A stretch of DNA of 63,883 nt, filler included, from Octopus bimaculoides (Eukaryota): the NCBI RefSeq assembly GCF_001194135.2. It is 7 parts of 6 records of this genome, joined end to end, with 100 filler letters (N's around TTAATTAATTAA, not from the genome) between each part and the next. Parts side by side here need not be neighbours in the genome. Positions count along the whole stretch, not along the records: positions 56,492 to 63,883 come from NC_068983.1; 6 more parts are not named here. The stretch is one strand, 5' to 3'. Under the pieces are notes generated by a model, which was not told the DNA's origin, made no database searches, and saw nothing but the letters and a program-made list of their open reading frames with translations. The position numbers and the translations under genes are program-made. Shown here in pieces: positions 60,990-63,883 of the stretch (the first letter of the stretch is position 1; each line of letters begins with the position of its first letter).

Positions 60990-62079
60990 TTTAAGGCCAC
61001 CACGAAGTATATATATACATTTAAATGCGCGCACACACACATACACATACATTTATCGCTCTATATATAAATATACATATATGTATATGCGTGTGTGTAT
61101 GTAACAGAGCTAGTCGAATTTGTAATGCTTATTAATGTCAAGTGCTACCGAAAATTAAAATGTTACCACAAAAGTTTTATCAATTGTACAACTATGAAGT
61201 ATGCAAGCCTACAGCGCCTACTGACATCAATAAACTCCAGCTGAACCGGAAGAATCAAATGTCATTTTTGATAAGCCGTTACCATTTTCGGTCTCTAGTG
61301 TTATACTGAAAACTATCTATAAATGAGCAATAGGTCATAATGAAGTTTTCTAAAATTTAACTGTGTTGTCAGTTGGTAGATATCAGCACAGATCAGTAAG
61401 CAAACAATTTGCTGAAGTTATTTATAAGGGCATCAACTCTTATCAGATTCAATAGTCCGGAGTGCTTTGGGCCGACGAGACACAACAATGCCGAATCACC
61501 AGTTGTCCCAGAACCTATAATACTAATGAATGTGATATGTTATTAACACACATTTGTCATAATGAAGTTGTTCTCCAGGGACGAATAAAACAGCGATTAG
61601 TATATTCACGTTCGAATTTGCCGGAACGTATTAAGAATAATATGTTTAGTGTAGCTATTCCTCACCAAGACACATAAAGGCATAAAATTACATGTCATAC
61701 GAAAAGAAGGTGAAATACCTGTAATGCATTTGAAAGGACGATCTTTGAGCTGCCAATCGTTGTTCGTTGGCTACCTCTAAGTTATCATCACTCAGTTATA
61801 TAGCTGTCTCAATTGGAATTGAATTTAGCTTCTTCTGAATAACGGCAAAGTATTGCATTTTATGAGACACGGGAAAACTGAGAACTGATGGAGATATAAG
61901 AGAAATTATAGGATTCTGCGGACAAATAGACCAAAGTTTTAAATCCTATGCACTGAAAGCTTATATTTTACGCGAAGGACTACGCTTTAGTTATCTATTA
62001 GAAATGAATATCGAATCAAAATAAAAAAGGATGAAGATTTTGTCCTGGGGGTCGGAAAGCTCAGATACAACCACTATTC

Positions 62080-62900
62080 CTCGCAACACACTACAGTCTC
62101 ATGCTGCAGTTGTGAACTCCGCTCGGATCCTCCCCATCCAATTATTAAAGTCTATTTTCGTTTTCATCGCCTTTGAATCTGTTTTCCTTCCTCCCAGTCC
62201 AAAGAATGTGAACACAGAAATGAACATGGCCAAAATGTAGCAGTTTTTCGCCGTCTGATCATCGTCACCAACGTTTTACTATTCCCATTTCTTCCAGGAC
62301 CGAATCTTTTGTTCGACGACCTACACAACTGACTCACAGCGCTCGCCTGTAGCACATAATCTCGAACGCCTTCATTCGCTTAGTGTCAGCCACCCAGTTT
62401 GAATCCATGTTTCACATCAACACAACGCCTGTGGACAGAATATGGTCTTTAGAAGTTTCGGTGTGGTATTTCCCCATATTGTATTTGTAATGTAGCCTCC
62501 ATCGTACAACATGCCGTTATAACAACAAATCTTTATCGTCACAACTGCTGACTCCGACATTTCATATTATTGTGTACCTAATCAATCTTACCCGTTACAG
62601 TAACCTCAGGGTTGATTTTTCTGTATCAAATCTTCATCCGATTTCCGGTCAGAAATTCACTGTTTCGTTAACAATAAGACATAGGTACTTGAATTTGTCA
62701 ACCTGATCTAGAGTAATCTATATTATCGCATAGTAAGCTGGATTTGTTTTCCGCTGGCTGCCTTTTTAGTGCTAATCCCTATTAGAAACTCGTTGGAGAA
62801 GAGTAGCTTCCCCTGCTTCACTATCACTCATCACGTATTGTACACAGATGACCGGATTATTCGTGTATTGAGGTTACTACATTCAGCATTCGTTTTAAAG
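62080..62900 (-). mobile_element. Old RTE-like LINE fragment
   Basis: FKYL, KRMKAFEIMCYRRAL and IRRRK..HFGHV motifs across frameshifts. Confidence 0.55.
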
Positions 62901-63440
62901 GAAATTCATGAGTAAATAGCTTTCTTGGAAAACGAAAACTGTGATTGCTCTACATATCACCTTTTCTTTGTGACTTTTCTCTGTTTTCCTTGCGAGCTTC
63001 GTAGACGAAGCCCTTACTAGAGGCATACTGATAGAATACGTACGTGTGTATGTGTGTGTGTATGCATGTATGTGGAAACAGACGGACGGACGGACAGACA
63101 GACAGATAGATAGATGAAAATAAGAAACATAAACAATACCTAAAGTACGTGAACGGAATTTCAAAATTGTTCACCAAAATTCTCATCAATATATGACGGT
63201 AACGAAATGTGAACAAACTTCATCTTTTTTAATAGCCAAGGCTGTACTGCAGTTGATGGTTCTAAGTCCAGAGCAGAAAAGAGGACGTTTGAAATGCTCC
63301 AAATTTAATGACTAAATCTCAAGTGTGAATTCCAAAAATCATATAACTCTCACAAAACTTGATATCAATTTACAAACGTACTTTAGAAGAATTACGTATA
63401 GTATATTACTCAAATATAAATTATTATTAAAAATGTATAT

Positions 63441-63883
63441 CATCATCATCGTTTAACGTCCGCTTTCCATGCTAGCATGGGTTGGACGATTTGACTGAGG
63501 ACTGGTGCAACCGGATGGCTACACCAGGCTCCAATCTAATTTGGCAGAGTTTCTACAGCTGGATGCCCTTCCTAACGCCAACCACTCAGAGAGTGTAGTG
63601 GGTGCTTTACGTGTCACCCGCACGAAAACGGCCACGCTCGAAATGGTGTCTTTTATTTGCCACCCGCACAAGAGCCAGTCCATGGGCACTGGCAACGATC
63701 TCACTCGAAAACCCTACAAGGCCAGTCGGGCGGTACTGACAACGGTCACGCTCAGGATGGTACATCTTATGTGCCACCCGCACAAGAGCCAGTCCAGGGG
63801 CCCTGGCAACGATCTCACTTGGCTTGCAGGGTCTTCTCACACACAGCACATTTCCAAAGGTCTCGGTCAGTAGTCATCGCCTC
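63441..63883 (-). mobile_element. 3' end of an RTE LINE with full 3' UTR and (GAT)n tail, continuing past the window edge
   Basis: Frame AMTTDRDLWKCAVCEKTLQAK* parallels EVMTMD.DVWQY..LEK at 31.5 kb; the UTR has a ~105-bp internal duplication. Confidence 0.85.

Noticed and set aside
1231-61104. Long ORFs in the track containing X runs or HT/YI/CV/LS dipeptide repeats
   Set aside because: They are translations of N gaps and microsatellites.
1-63883. CRISPR arrays, rRNA, intact tRNA genes, operons
   Set aside because: None seen. The tandem repeats lack unique spacers, and all tRNA-like pieces are repeat-embedded and defective.

Overview
This is a repeat-saturated, gap-ridden piece of a eukaryotic draft genome. 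The tRNA-derived SINE families, microsatellite load and synthetic N44-TTAATTAATTAA-N44 joins look most like an octopus assembly; that is recognition from memory, not a database match. I cannot support any host protein-coding gene. Nearly all long ORFs in the track are N-gap or microsatellite artefacts, and the real coding signal belongs to decayed transposons. Retroelements: a CR1-clade LINE (15.8-20.2 kb), two Penelope-like elements, several RTE LINEs (one with a PHD finger inside its RT), Tx1/L1 and R4/Dong fragments, and an RT-deleted Gypsy provirus nested in a mariner with a clean 5-bp TSD. DNA elements: about six mariners, a Chapaev3 element, a Helentron-like element, and hAT, piggyBac, Harbinger-like and other MITEs. 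At least three tRNA-SINE families are also present. The best leads are: (1) two minimal hammerhead-ribozyme folds, one lying downstream of a tRNA-type B box inside a SINE-like unit; (2) a TIR/TA MITE whose core is a tRNA-like cloverleaf; (3) a Myb/SANT (trihelix)-like domain at the N-terminus of the CR1 LINE; (4) a 3' stem-loop with compensatory changes shared by that LINE and the commonest SINE; (5) a MITE carrying telomere-like repeats, nested in a Helentron-like element; (6) a 25-bp locally templated insertion.
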